Assembly (NCBI GenBank): GCA_041674805.1
Contig: JBAYVA010000001.1
Coordinates: 326,612-390,611, forward strand
DNA length: 64,000 bases
Source of the DNA: Candidatus Magasanikiibacteriota bacterium
Lineage (GTDB): Bacteria; Patescibacteriota; Patescibacteriia; Magasanikbacterales; UBA922
Reading direction: 5' to 3'
Shown here in pieces: positions 9,771 through 18,687 of this stretch (within the stretch, counting starts at the first letter, position 1; each line of letters opens with the position of its first letter). The notes beneath the pieces are model-generated. The model made no database searches. It saw only the letters and a list, made by a program, of their open reading frames with translations, and was not told where the DNA came from. The position numbers and the translations under genes were made by a program.

Positions 9771-11204
9771 TTATTTAGAAGTTAACCTCATCATTTCTAA
9801 AATCTGTTTTTTGGTAATAGTCTTAGTCAAAAACACCATTACAAGATATATCAAAGATCCAATCAAGAAAGCCCAAAAAAATCCAAAAAATTTATCTGTA
9901 AAAAAAGTAAAAATAATTATGAAAATAATTATAAAAAACAATTGCATGAATAATTTATTTAAAAAATCAAAATCAAATTTTACAAATTTAGCTATAAAAA
10001 ATATACTAAACAATGACATAGCAATATTGCCAATTGTAGCAGCCAAAGCAGCACCCACAGCCCCAAATTTTGGTATCAAAAACAAATTTAAAACTATATT
10101 GATTAACATAATTGTACCTATCAATGAAGTTTGCGTTTTTTGTCTATCACAAGCATTTAACAATGAACCGAAAACAAAGTTCAAATAAGCAAAAATTACG
10201 CCTACCAATAAAATTTGCAATGGCAATACTGAATTCAAATATTCACTCTTAAAAAAATAAACTATAATGTCTTTGGCAAGCAAAGAAACTAAAATTACAA
10301 AAGGTATAGAAACCAATAATAAATACTTGATACTTTGATGAAAAACAAAACTTAATTTATTTTTATCTTTCAAAAAATATTCACTAAATTTAGGATACAA
10401 AGCTGCTATCAAAGCCATAGGTACAAAATTCAAAGCATAAGCAATTTTCGATGGAATACTATACCAACCTAAAACTTCATCACCTGCCATTTTTGACAAA
10501 AATATAGAATCTATAAAAGAATAAACTCTAGCAAAAATAGCAGCTAAAGCAAAAGGAATTACTAATGTAATAAGATAAGTAAAAACTTCTTTGTTGTATT
10601 TCAATTTAAAATTTAAATTGTACTTGAAAATCACAATTAGACTAGCAAACAACACATTGCAAATACTAGGTATCAAAAAGGCATACATCAAAAAAATAAG
10701 AGGTTTGCCAGTAAATAAAAAAAATGTTCCCAAAATTAAAGTTAGAGCTTGGCTTACTATAATAGCAATAGACTCATAAAATAAATTTCCAAAAGCACGC
10801 AAAGTTCCATACAAAGTCAAATGCAACGAATCAAACAACATCGTAATAGCTGAGATGTAAACTAATTGCTTTGTTTCCAATTCATAGCCCATCAAATTTA
10901 TGACAACTACCACTGCTAAAAAGCTAACAAAACCTAAAAATAATTTTATAAATAAAATATTTGAAAAATATTCTTGTATTTTATCTTTTAATTTTGCACC
11001 TTCTCTAATCAAAATATTACTAAAACCCAAATCTACAAAAACTACAAAAATAGTAGTGAAAGATAAAGCAAAAAAATACTTACCAGTACTCTCAGCGCCC
11101 AGTTGTCTAGCAACAATTGCAAAGTAAACAAAAGATATGACCTTCTGCAAAACAGAGGCCATTGTCATAAACATAGTGTTTTTGGCGATTGAATGATTTT
11201 TCAT
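9771..11204 (-). CDS. polysaccharide biosynthesis protein / Wzx-like oligosaccharide flippase (MOP superfamily)
   Basis: 477 aa with about 12-14 TM helices. The N-terminal region LQKVISFVYFAIVARQLGAESTGKYFFALSF is typical of the Polysacc_synt family. Confidence 0.65.
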   Translation of the reverse strand: MKNHSIAKNTMFMTMASVLQKVISFVYFAIVARQLGAESTGKYFFALSFTTIFVVFVDLGFSNILIREGAKLKDKIQEYFSNILFIKLFLGFVSFLAVVVVINLMGYELETKQLVYISAITMLFDSLHLTLYGTLRAFGNLFYESIAIIVSQALTLILGTFFLFTGKPLIFLMYAFLIPSICNVLFASLIVIFKYNLNFKLKYNKEVFTYLITLVIPFALAAIFARVYSFIDSIFLSKMAGDEVLGWYSIPSKIAYALNFVPMALIAALYPKFSEYFLKDKNKLSFVFHQSIKYLLLVSIPFVILVSLLAKDIIVYFFKSEYLNSVLPLQILLVGVIFAYLNFVFGSLLNACDRQKTQTSLIGTIMLINIVLNLFLIPKFGAVGAALAATIGNIAMSLFSIFFIAKFVKFDFDFLNKLFMQLFFIIIFIIIFTFFTDKFFGFFWAFLIGSLIYLVMVFLTKTITKKQILEMMRLTSK

Positions 11205-11261
11205 GTACTTATATTTTACTATAAAACCTTACTTAAAACAATATTTGATTTTATAATAAAA

Positions 11262-11348
11262 AGCTTACAAAGCCTACAAGGCTCACAAGGCTTACAATCA
11301 TAAACAAAAAGCCTTGTTGGCTTTGTAAGCCTCGTAAGCCTTGTAAGC
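11262..11348. repeat. long imperfect inverted repeat built from aagcctacaagg-type short direct repeats
   Basis: agcttacaaagcctacaaggctcacaaggcttacaa … gccttgttggctttgtaagcctcgtaagccttgtaagc. Related motifs occur at about 21456-21500 and 29284-29390. Confidence 0.5.
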
Positions 11349-11361
11349 CCATAGAAAACAA

Positions 11362-11392
11362 AAACTCCAGATAATACAATCCGGAGTTTGAA
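11362..11392 (-). terminator. Rho-independent terminator downstream of rpsI
   Basis: On the minus strand, aaactccgg-attgtattat-ctggagttt followed by a T-run, immediately after the rpsI stop. Confidence 0.55.
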
Positions 11393-11416
11393 ATTTGAAT
11401 TTTGAAATTTTTGTGT

Positions 11417-11821
11417 TTAACGTTTTCTCCATTGGTGAGCACGACGAGCTTTGTGCAAACCTGGTTTCTTTCTTTCTTTTGCTCTAGAATCACGTGTCAT
11501 AAAGCCTTTAGCTTTTAAAGTAGGTTTGAAATCTTCATTCCATTCTACCAAAGCTCTAGCAATACCATGACAGACTGCATCAGCTTGACCACGAATACCA
11601 CCACCAGCAACTTTTACAGAAACATCTGTATCTTTTTCTTTGCCAATAGCCACAAGTGGAGAAACAACACGTTCTTGTAATAATTTTGTAGTGAAATAAT
11701 TATTTAATTCTCTATCGTTGATAACAATTTTACCTTTACCAGGTGTGATACGAACACGGGCAGAAGCTGTTTTTCTTCTACCTACGGCTCTTGCTTTGTT
11801 AGCATCTGATTTCTGTACCAT
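11417..11821 (-). CDS. rpsI: 30S ribosomal protein S9
   Basis: GGGIRGQADAVCHGIARAL…KARRAHQWRKR, the characteristic S9 C-terminus. Confidence 0.9.
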   Translation of the reverse strand: MVQKSDANKARAVGRRKTASARVRITPGKGKIVINDRELNNYFTTKLLQERVVSPLVAIGKEKDTDVSVKVAGGGIRGQADAVCHGIARALVEWNEDFKPTLKAKGFMTRDSRAKERKKPGLHKARRAHQWRKR

Positions 11822-11841
11822 AATTATATATTATTTATATT

Positions 11842-12201
11842 TTAAGCATTGATACTTAGGCGTTTCATCATCCCAGTTCTCAATTTGTTCTTTGGCAACA
11901 TACTGTAAATAGCTCTACGCATTACATCTGTTGAATCAATATCAAAAATTTTTTTCATTGAAGTAGTCTTCAATCCACCTGGATGACCAGAATGTTGATA
12001 ATAATCTTTTTGTACTAATTTTTTACCGGTAAATTTTACCAACTTTGCGTTGTTAATTATCACAAAGTCTCCAGTATCGATATGACGAACAAAGGTAGGT
12101 TTGTTTTTTCCCATCAAAATTTTGGCAGCTTCAGTAGCTACACGACCTACAGCTCTATCAGTGGCATCGATTTGAATTTTTTCACGTTTTATTTCTTGCA
12201 T
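11842..12201 (-). CDS. rplM: 50S ribosomal protein L13
   Basis: L13-like sequence (…IDATDRAVGRVATEAAKILMGK…HIDTGDFVIINNAKLVKFTGKK…YYQHSGHPGG) in the conserved L13-S9 gene pair. Confidence 0.85.
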   Translation of the reverse strand: MQEIKREKIQIDATDRAVGRVATEAAKILMGKNKPTFVRHIDTGDFVIINNAKLVKFTGKKLVQKDYYQHSGHPGGLKTTSMKKIFDIDSTDVMRRAIYSMLPKNKLRTGMMKRLSINA

Positions 12202-12212
12202 ATTTTATCTTT

Positions 12213-12563
12213 TTAAACGAATTCAATTTTTACTTTTTCAGCACCGTCAGTAGGACGAGTACCTAATTTGATAATGCGAGTATAACCACCTTGTCTATCT
12301 TTATAACGAGGAGCAATTACATCAATCAATTTTGCTACAGCTCTACCTGTATACAATACAGAATTTATAATTTCTCTATCCACAGGGCGATTCTTTTTGG
12401 CTTTTGTTACCAATGGTTCTACTACTGTACGCAAAGCTTTAGCTTTGGCTTTTGTAGTAATAATAGCATCATGCAATACCAAACTCTCTGCAAGATTTCT
12501 AAGCAATGCTACTCTAGGAGCTTTGGTTCTACCTAATTTTATATTTTTCTTTTGGTGTCTCAT
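12213..12563 (-). CDS. rplQ: 50S ribosomal protein L17
   Basis: MRHQKK…LLRNLAESLVLHDAIITTKAKAKALRTVVEPLVTKAK…GGYTRIIKLGTR, located downstream of rpoA as in the canonical operon. Confidence 0.9.
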   Translation of the reverse strand: MRHQKKNIKLGRTKAPRVALLRNLAESLVLHDAIITTKAKAKALRTVVEPLVTKAKKNRPVDREIINSVLYTGRAVAKLIDVIAPRYKDRQGGYTRIIKLGTRPTDGAEKVKIEFV

Positions 12564-12587
12564 ATTTTATACAAAATTTCTTTTTTA

Positions 12588-13325
12588 TTATTCTTCATCA
12601 CTGTTTTTTTTATCTTTTTTAGATACTTTTATAGTACTAGAAGAAGATAAAACCAAACTAAAATGGTCCATCAAAATCTTAGTGGCACGTTCTACAGTTT
12701 CTTTTGGTGCAATTGTGCCATTTGTTTCAATAGTCAAGGTTACTTTTTCGTAATCAGTGATATCACCAACACGAGTATTTTCGACTTTATAACCGACATC
12801 TTTTACCGGGGAATAAAAAGAGTCAATTAAAATAGTACCCAAATCTAAATTTTTACTTTCTTTTTCAGATACAGGTACGTAACCTAAACCTTTACCAATA
12901 ATAATTTCTAAACTTAATTCTTTCTTGTCATCAGTAATTGTAGCAATAGTCAAATCAGGATTTACAATTTCAATATCTGAATTTTTTTCAAAATCAGAAG
13001 CTTTTACTTCGCCTTTACCTTTTTTTGTTAAAGACAATGTAACTGGAGTTTCACTATGAGATATAATAGATAATTGTTTCAAATTTTGAGATAGTTCAAT
13101 CACATCTTCCATTACACCTTCAATAGCTGAAAATTCATGTTGTACACCGTCTATTTTTACAGCTTCAACAGCTGCACCTTCAATAGAAGACAATAATACA
13201 CGTCTCAAAGAATTACCAATTGTGGTACCATAACCTTGGTGACAAGGTGTAATGATCAGTTCAGCTGTATTTGCTTTACTTGTATCTTTGAATTCTATTG
13301 TTGAGGGTAGAAGAATATAATCCAT
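12588..13325 (-). CDS. rpoA: DNA-directed RNA polymerase subunit alpha (N-terminal domain only; no alpha-CTD)
   Basis: alpha-NTD sequence (…ITPCHQGYGTTIGNSLRRVLLSSIEGAAVEAVKIDGVQHEFSAIEGV…). Only 245 aa, ending shortly after the NTD. The conserved neighbourhood rpsD-rpoA-rplQ is intact. Confidence 0.85.
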   Translation of the reverse strand: MDYILLPSTIEFKDTSKANTAELIITPCHQGYGTTIGNSLRRVLLSSIEGAAVEAVKIDGVQHEFSAIEGVMEDVIELSQNLKQLSIISHSETPVTLSLTKKGKGEVKASDFEKNSDIEIVNPDLTIATITDDKKELSLEIIIGKGLGYVPVSEKESKNLDLGTILIDSFYSPVKDVGYKVENTRVGDITDYEKVTLTIETNGTIAPKETVERATKILMDHFSLVLSSSSTIKVSKKDKKNSDEE

Positions 13326-13356
13326 ATGTTTTTTAAATTAACAGACATTTTAAAAA

Positions 13357-13980
13357 TTATCTTGTAGAGTAATACTCTGTGATAAGCTTAACATCAAAGA
13401 CTTTTTCAAAATCTTTTGAACTAGGCTTAGTAAGTATTTTACCAGATTTAGCAGCAGAATCAACAGATACCCAAGATGGTAATTCTTGAGATTGTAATTT
13501 ATCACTAACATTTTCAAAAATTTGTTTCTTTTGTTTTGTAGGTTTTAAAGAAACAACATCACCAATACGCACAATGTGTGAAGGAATGTTCATTTTTTTA
13601 CTATTTAGCAAAAACATACCATGACTAACAAATTGTCTTGCTTGAGCACGAGTAACAGCAAAACCCATACGATAGACAACATTGTCCATACGCATTTCTA
13701 GCATTTCTTGCAAGTTTACACCAGAGTCACCTGTCATGTTACTTGCTTTTTCTACGTATTTGCGAAATTGACCTTCGCGAATACCATAAACAACTTTAGC
13801 TTTTTGTTTTTCAACTAATTGCTTACCAAAAGCTGACAAAGAAGGACGTTTTTGTTTTGGTCCGTGTACGCCAGGTGCTTGGTTAAGACGACGAGCTACT
13901 TTTGTAGAATTTGTTTTCAAACCTAAATTAGTTTTGAAACGTCTTGCAATTTTATTTTTTGGTCCAATATTTCTTCCCAT
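13357..13980 (-). CDS. rpsD: 30S ribosomal protein S4
   Basis: MGRNIGPKNKIARRF…KQLVEKQKAKVVYGI… S4 N-terminus and S4 domain. Confidence 0.9.
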   Translation of the reverse strand: MGRNIGPKNKIARRFKTNLGLKTNSTKVARRLNQAPGVHGPKQKRPSLSAFGKQLVEKQKAKVVYGIREGQFRKYVEKASNMTGDSGVNLQEMLEMRMDNVVYRMGFAVTRAQARQFVSHGMFLLNSKKMNIPSHIVRIGDVVSLKPTKQKKQIFENVSDKLQSQELPSWVSVDSAAKSGKILTKPSSKDFEKVFDVKLITEYYSTR

Positions 13981-14000
13981 ATTTTAAATATCAAATTATA

Positions 14001-14393
14001 TTATACACGTCTTCTTTTTGGTGGACGACAACCATTGTGTGGAATAGGTGTAATATCTTTTACAGACAATACTTGAATTCCATTTGAATTCAAAGCACGG
14101 ATAGCACCTTCACGGCCGCCACCAATACCTTTTACAAATACACTAACTTCTTTTACACCAAAAACTTTGATAGCTTCAGCAACTTCTTTGACAACTACGC
14201 CAGCAGCATAAGGTGTAGATTTTTTAGGTCCTTTGAAACCTGCTTTACCAGCAGATGACCAACCTAGAACATCACCATTTTGATCTGTTACAGATACAAT
14301 AGTGTTATTAAATGTAGCTTGAATAAAAGCTTTGCCGTGAGATACGGAACGCAAACTTTTCTTTTTAGCTTTTTTTACTTTTTTAGTAGCCAT
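14001..14393 (-). CDS. rpsK: 30S ribosomal protein S11
   Basis: …GWSSAGKAGFKGPKKSTPYAAGVV…GIGGGREGAIRAL…PHNGCRPPKRRRV. Confidence 0.9.
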   Translation of the reverse strand: MATKKVKKAKKKSLRSVSHGKAFIQATFNNTIVSVTDQNGDVLGWSSAGKAGFKGPKKSTPYAAGVVVKEVAEAIKVFGVKEVSVFVKGIGGGREGAIRALNSNGIQVLSVKDITPIPHNGCRPPKRRRV

Positions 14394-14436
14394 AATAAAT
14401 TATTTTTTCGTTTTTTTTAATTCAATTTATCAAACA

Positions 14437-14823
14437 TTAAGTCTTTTGTGCAACTGGTTTTTTACCACTAGTTGCTACATTTCTCTTGTTACCACGAGTA
14501 GTACGACTATTAGTTTTTGTTCTTTGTCCACGAGAAGGCAATCTTTTTGCATGACGTGTACCACGGTATGATTTGATATCTTTCAAACGTTTGATGTTTG
14601 AAGAAACTTCACGACGTAGGTCACCTTCTGTTTTATAAGTTTTTTCTACTAAATTACGAATTTTATCTTCTTGATCTTGTGTAAGATCTTTGGTACGTGT
14701 AGTTAATGGAACTTGAGACAAGTCCATAATTTTTTTAGCTGTGGTAGGTCCAATACCATACACATAAGTAAGAGCAACTACTACTCTTTTTTCTCTTGGT
14801 ATATTTACACCTGAAATACGCAT
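14437..14823 (-). CDS. rpsM: 30S ribosomal protein S13
   Basis: [32 protein letters not shown]… with a basic C-terminal tail. Confidence 0.9.
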   Translation of the reverse strand: MRISGVNIPREKRVVVALTYVYGIGPTTAKKIMDLSQVPLTTRTKDLTQDQEDKIRNLVEKTYKTEGDLRREVSSNIKRLKDIKSYRGTRHAKRLPSRGQRTKTNSRTTRGNKRNVATSGKKPVAQKT

Positions 14824-14851
14824 ATCTTATTTCTAAAAACTTTAATTAAAT

Positions 14852-14989
14852 TTAAGCAGCTTTTACACGCTGTTTAGCACCTTGTCTTTGTTTGTGACGA
14901 GGATTTTTACAAATTACAAAACGTGCACCACGACGGATGACAATCTTGCAATCTTTACATCTTGTTTTAACTGATGCTTGTACTTTCAT
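14852..14989 (-). CDS. rpmJ: 50S ribosomal protein L36 (45 aa, with a short C-terminal extension)
   Basis: Hand translation gives [45 protein letters not shown]. It is absent from the ORF track (<60 aa) and sits in the canonical position between infA and rpsM. Confidence 0.75.
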   Translation of the reverse strand: MKVQASVKTRCKDCKIVIRRGARFVICKNPRHKQRQGAKQRVKAA

Positions 14990-15097
14990 ATTAATAAAAC
15001 TTCAAATAAATATATTTTTTAATAAAAAATCATCAATCACTGCCGCGATATCGACACCCTTATAAAAAAGGCTACACCGCACTGATTGAGATTTATT

Positions 15098-15316
15098 TTA
15101 AAATCTGTATGTTATACGTCCTTTGGACAAATCGTAAGGAGTAATTTCTACTTTGACTTCATCGCCAACATTTAATCTAATGTTGTTCATACGAAGTTTT
15201 CCTGCCAAATGACAAACTAATTCATGTTCATTTTCTAAAACTACACGAAATTTAGCACTTGGTAGAAGTTCGATAATTTTACCCCAGACTTCTATAACGT
15301 CTTGTTTGTTACCCAT
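15098..15316 (-). CDS. infA: translation initiation factor IF-1
   Basis: S1-like OB fold sequence …[63 protein letters not shown]. The likely start is MGNKQ (track ORF starts 9 nt upstream). Confidence 0.85.
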   Translation of the reverse strand: MGNKQDVIEVWGKIIELLPSAKFRVVLENEHELVCHLAGKLRMNNIRLNVGDEVKVEITPYDLSKGRITYRF

Positions 15317-15564
15317 GTAAATCAAATTAACGACGGTATTTTAACCTAAAGTCAAAATATTGTCAAGTTTTAATTAGTGGATAAGGTCTAGCACATAGTA
15401 CGAGACAAATATCACGAAACATACTATATCAATATTTGGCTAAAAATGCAAGGAATTAGTTAAAAGTTCATAAAGTTTCTAAAGTCCATAAAGTCAAAAA
15501 TCTATAAAATGTCTTTTAAATTTTATAAAATATTATTAATTTACTAATATTAATACTCTTAAAA

Positions 15565-15592
15565 TTGGCAGACTTACAATTGCCAATACAAT
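15565..15592 (-). terminator. possible terminator hairpin downstream of the 161-aa gene
   Basis: attggca-gacttaca-(a)ttgccaat stem-loop, 40 nt after the stop of the 15636-16121 gene. Confidence 0.35.
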
Positions 15593-15635
15593 CCTTTCAA
15601 CTTTCTATCGTTACCCTTTATTATTTACAAAAAAA

Positions 15636-16121
15636 CTAAAAACGGTAAACTCTTGGACCTTCACTATTTGAACCTTCTCTCTTCATATCATCAGTATTTT
15701 TATCTTCTGGTGAACATTCACTTTTTACCCAGTCCAAAAAAGTCCACAATTCATCTTTCACTTTTCTAAAATCTACTCTATGTTCAAAACTACCATCTAT
15801 TTCAAACCTACCTTTCAAAAATTCATGAGCATACAGATACTGATTAATACGTTCTCTAACTTTTGTTCCGTCATCTGATTTATCAGAAAAGACACCATCT
15901 CTTTTTATATGATGAAGCATTTGTAACAAAAAAGAAAAAGCTTCTTCCCTAATATCAGTAGCATCACTATTTTTACTTTGTAAAAATTTTTGTGCCTTTT
16001 CAGATAAAACAACTACCTTTTCTTCAAGCTTCTTAAATTCTTCAATAGAACCCCTTCTATTTTTCAATATACCTCTAATTTCATTTATAAGGTATTCATC
16101 TTGTGGTGTTAATTTTTTCAT
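15636..16121 (-). CDS. hypothetical protein
   Basis: 161-aa charged, soluble-looking ORF with no recognisable motif. Confidence 0.4.
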   Translation of the reverse strand: MKKLTPQDEYLINEIRGILKNRRGSIEEFKKLEEKVVVLSEKAQKFLQSKNSDATDIREEAFSFLLQMLHHIKRDGVFSDKSDDGTKVRERINQYLYAHEFLKGRFEIDGSFEHRVDFRKVKDELWTFLDWVKSECSPEDKNTDDMKREGSNSEGPRVYRF

Positions 16122-16233
16122 ATAAATTATATAGTTAAATAATATATATTAATTTTATACATTTTTAATTTCTTTATAAACCAGATAAAATTATACATTG
16201 GACAAGCTGGCGCTTGTCATTCCTTTCGTTCCT

Positions 16234-16671
16234 CTATTCTCTTTCCACATTCCCCGTTCCACATTCCTCTCTATACACCCAATACTTATACAAAAAGAAA
16301 TTCCAAGATACCATCACAACAATTGTCGCAATACGAACTAAACGATAATCAAATTCTAAAATATAATTGAATAGATACATCACACCCACGGAAAATAAAT
16401 AGTTAAAACCTGCTAAAGCTAAATAACGCACAATTTGTTTGTGTGGCATTTCTTTGTTTTTGAAAGACCAGTATTTATTCAATAGAAAATTGTAAGTAAG
16501 CATTATAACTTGATTGCATATCACAGCAATAGTCGCATTTAAACCAAAAAATTCCTTGAAAAAAATCAAAGTAGCCAAATCCAAAAATAATCCCGAAAAA
16601 CCAACGATGAAGTATTTGGTGAATTGGTGACGGACGGACCAAGCGTATAAAACTATTTTTTTAAATTGCAT
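16234..16671 (-). CDS. GtrA-family membrane protein (polysaccharide synthesis-associated)
   Basis: About 145 aa with 4 TM helices. KYFIVGFSGLFLDLATLIFFKEFFGLN…NFLLNKYWSF matches the GtrA-like pattern. Confidence 0.6.
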   Translation of the reverse strand: MQFKKIVLYAWSVRHQFTKYFIVGFSGLFLDLATLIFFKEFFGLNATIAVICNQVIMLTYNFLLNKYWSFKNKEMPHKQIVRYLALAGFNYLFSVGVMYLFNYILEFDYRLVRIATIVVMVSWNFFLYKYWVYREECGTGNVERE

Positions 16672-16687
16672 AAATTTTTAATAAACA

Positions 16688-16800
16688 ATTTCAAAATTAC
16701 AAATTACAAATAATATACAATAAACAAATAACAAAATCACTGAATATTGAAAATTGTAATTTGTTTGGAATTTGTTTATTTAGTATTGTTTATTTTATTC
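16688..16800. repeat. AT-rich palindromic intergenic repeat (copy 1 of a family; near-identical 3' arm to copy at 29845-29970)
   Basis: …caaaattacaaattacaaataatatacaataaacaaataacaaaatc…attgtaatttgtttggaatttgtttatttagtattgtttatttt. The 3' ~45 nt is almost identical to 29925-29970. Confidence 0.55.
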
Positions 16801-18648
16801 TAAGATTGCTTTAATTCTCCTAATACCCGCACTTGAGGATTCTTCTTTCATAATTTTGAAATGTCCCATTACACCAGTATGCTCTACATGAGGACCACCA
16901 CAAATTTCTCGACTAAAAGTAAGACTATTCTCACTAGCTTTGGCTGAAATCTCATTTGGATCACCAACAGTGTAAACTTTTACCATTTCACCATATTTGT
17001 CACCAAAAAGACCAATCGCATTTTTGGTACGAGCTTCTTCTACTTTCATTTCAGAAAAAGTTACTGGATAATCATTTTTTATAGCAGAATTGACCAAATT
17101 TTCTACTTCTTTTATTTGTTCATCTGTCATTTTGTCAGTATAAGAAAAATCAAAACGAAGTCTTTCAGCTGTAATATTACTACCTTTTTGTTCTACGTGA
17201 TTACCCAAAACTTGGCGCAAAGCAGCGTGCAATAAGTGAGTAGCAGTATGATATTTTACACTCATTTCACCATGATCAGCTAGACCACCTTTGAATTTTT
17301 GTTCAGCACCTTGACGAGAAAGTTCTTGATGAGCTGTATAAGCTTCGTCAAAACCAGCTTTATCAATTGTCAGATTATTTTCACTAGCAAGTTCTTCTGT
17401 CATTTCAATTGGAAAACCAAAAGTATCATAAAGTTTGAAAGCTTGTTTACCAGAAATTTCCGTAATAGCACGACCAGTTTTTTCCAAAGCCATTTGAAAA
17501 CCTTTTAGTAATTTTTCAAATTCTTTGATACCTTGTTCAAGTGTCACACGAAATTTTGTTTCTTCTTTTTCCATTTCATTCAAAGCAAATTCTTGATTGC
17601 GATTAACCTCTGGATAAACATCAGCAAAAATACTGATAACAACTTTTGACAATTCTACACAAAAATTATTTTGCAATCCCAAATTACGTCCATGGCGAAC
17701 AGCACGACGAATCAGACGACGCACGATATAGCCTTGATCCACATTACTTGGAGCTACTCCCCTATCATCAGTCATAATCATAGTAGAAGTACGAATATGA
17801 TCAGCTACTACACGCATAGACTTTGTCACACTGTCTGATTCTTTGTATTTCTTGCCACTAAGCTCTTCAATTTTGTTTATAATAGGTTTCAAAGTATCTA
17901 CTTCAAAAGCATCCGAAAATTTGTTGAGGACGGCAGTCGTACGCTCAAGACCCATACCTGTATCTACATTTTGTTTTTCAAGCAATTTAAAAGTTCCATC
18001 TTCTTGCTTGAAATATTGCATAAAAACATCGTTCCAGATTTCTAACCAATTGTCTTCATCATTTCCTGGATTACTACCAGATGGTGGCAATTCTTCTTTT
18101 CCTACCCAAAAAAACATTTCAGTATCAGGACCACAAGGACCAGTGATACCAGCCGGACCCCACCAATTATTTTTCTTTGGTAATTTGGCAATACGTTCTT
18201 CTCTAATTCCCAAAGATTTCCATTTTTCAAATGATTCTGAATCAAAAGGTGCATCACTGTCACCTGCAAAAACTGAGACAGCCAATTTGTTTATATCAAT
18301 TCCTAAATAATCTTTTGAAGTCAAAAATTCAAAACTCCATTCAATAGCTTCTAGTTTGAAATAGTCCCCTAGTGACCAATTACCAAGCATCTCAAAAAAT
18401 GTCAAATGACTTCTGTCGCCAACTTCGTCAATGTCGCCAGTACGTACACATTTTTGGACATCAGTCAGTCTCACTCCAGCTGGATGTTTTTCACCAAGCA
18501 AATATGGGACAAGTGGATGCATTCCAGCAGTAGTAAAAAGTACTGTTGGATCATTTTCAGGCAATAGTGATGCTGAAGAAATCACAGCATGATTCTTACT
18601 AGCAAAAAATTCTAAATATTTTTTTCTAAGTTCTTGTGCGTTTAACAT
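16795..18648 (-). CDS. alaS: alanine--tRNA ligase (short form: catalytic + editing domains, no C-Ala domain)
   Basis: The N-terminal class II core (…FTTAGMHPLVPYLLGEKHP…FEMLGNWSLGDYFK…) and the editing-domain HxxxH/CxxxH motifs (HTATHLLHAALRQVLG…CGGPHVEHTG) are present. At 617 aa it is far shorter than the ~870-aa canonical enzyme. Confidence 0.85.
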   Translation of the reverse strand: MLNAQELRKKYLEFFASKNHAVISSASLLPENDPTVLFTTAGMHPLVPYLLGEKHPAGVRLTDVQKCVRTGDIDEVGDRSHLTFFEMLGNWSLGDYFKLEAIEWSFEFLTSKDYLGIDINKLAVSVFAGDSDAPFDSESFEKWKSLGIREERIAKLPKKNNWWGPAGITGPCGPDTEMFFWVGKEELPPSGSNPGNDEDNWLEIWNDVFMQYFKQEDGTFKLLEKQNVDTGMGLERTTAVLNKFSDAFEVDTLKPIINKIEELSGKKYKESDSVTKSMRVVADHIRTSTMIMTDDRGVAPSNVDQGYIVRRLIRRAVRHGRNLGLQNNFCVELSKVVISIFADVYPEVNRNQEFALNEMEKEETKFRVTLEQGIKEFEKLLKGFQMALEKTGRAITEISGKQAFKLYDTFGFPIEMTEELASENNLTIDKAGFDEAYTAHQELSRQGAEQKFKGGLADHGEMSVKYHTATHLLHAALRQVLGNHVEQKGSNITAERLRFDFSYTDKMTDEQIKEVENLVNSAIKNDYPVTFSEMKVEEARTKNAIGLFGDKYGEMVKVYTVGDPNEISAKASENSLTFSREICGGPHVEHTGVMGHFKIMKEESSSAGIRRIKAILE

Positions 18649-18687
18649 AAAATAAATGTTCTAAATGTTGAAATTGTTAAAAATGTT

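Noticed and set aside
11262-11348. Possible CRISPR array suggested by the repeated aagcctacaagg units
   Set aside because: The units are about 12 nt, contiguous (no unique 25-40-nt spacers) and arranged as an inverted repeat. This fits a terminator-like palindrome, not CRISPR. No cas genes are in the window.
17843-18310. 155-aa plus-strand ORF
   Set aside because: Antisense within alaS. No motifs. Ser/Phe-rich artefact.
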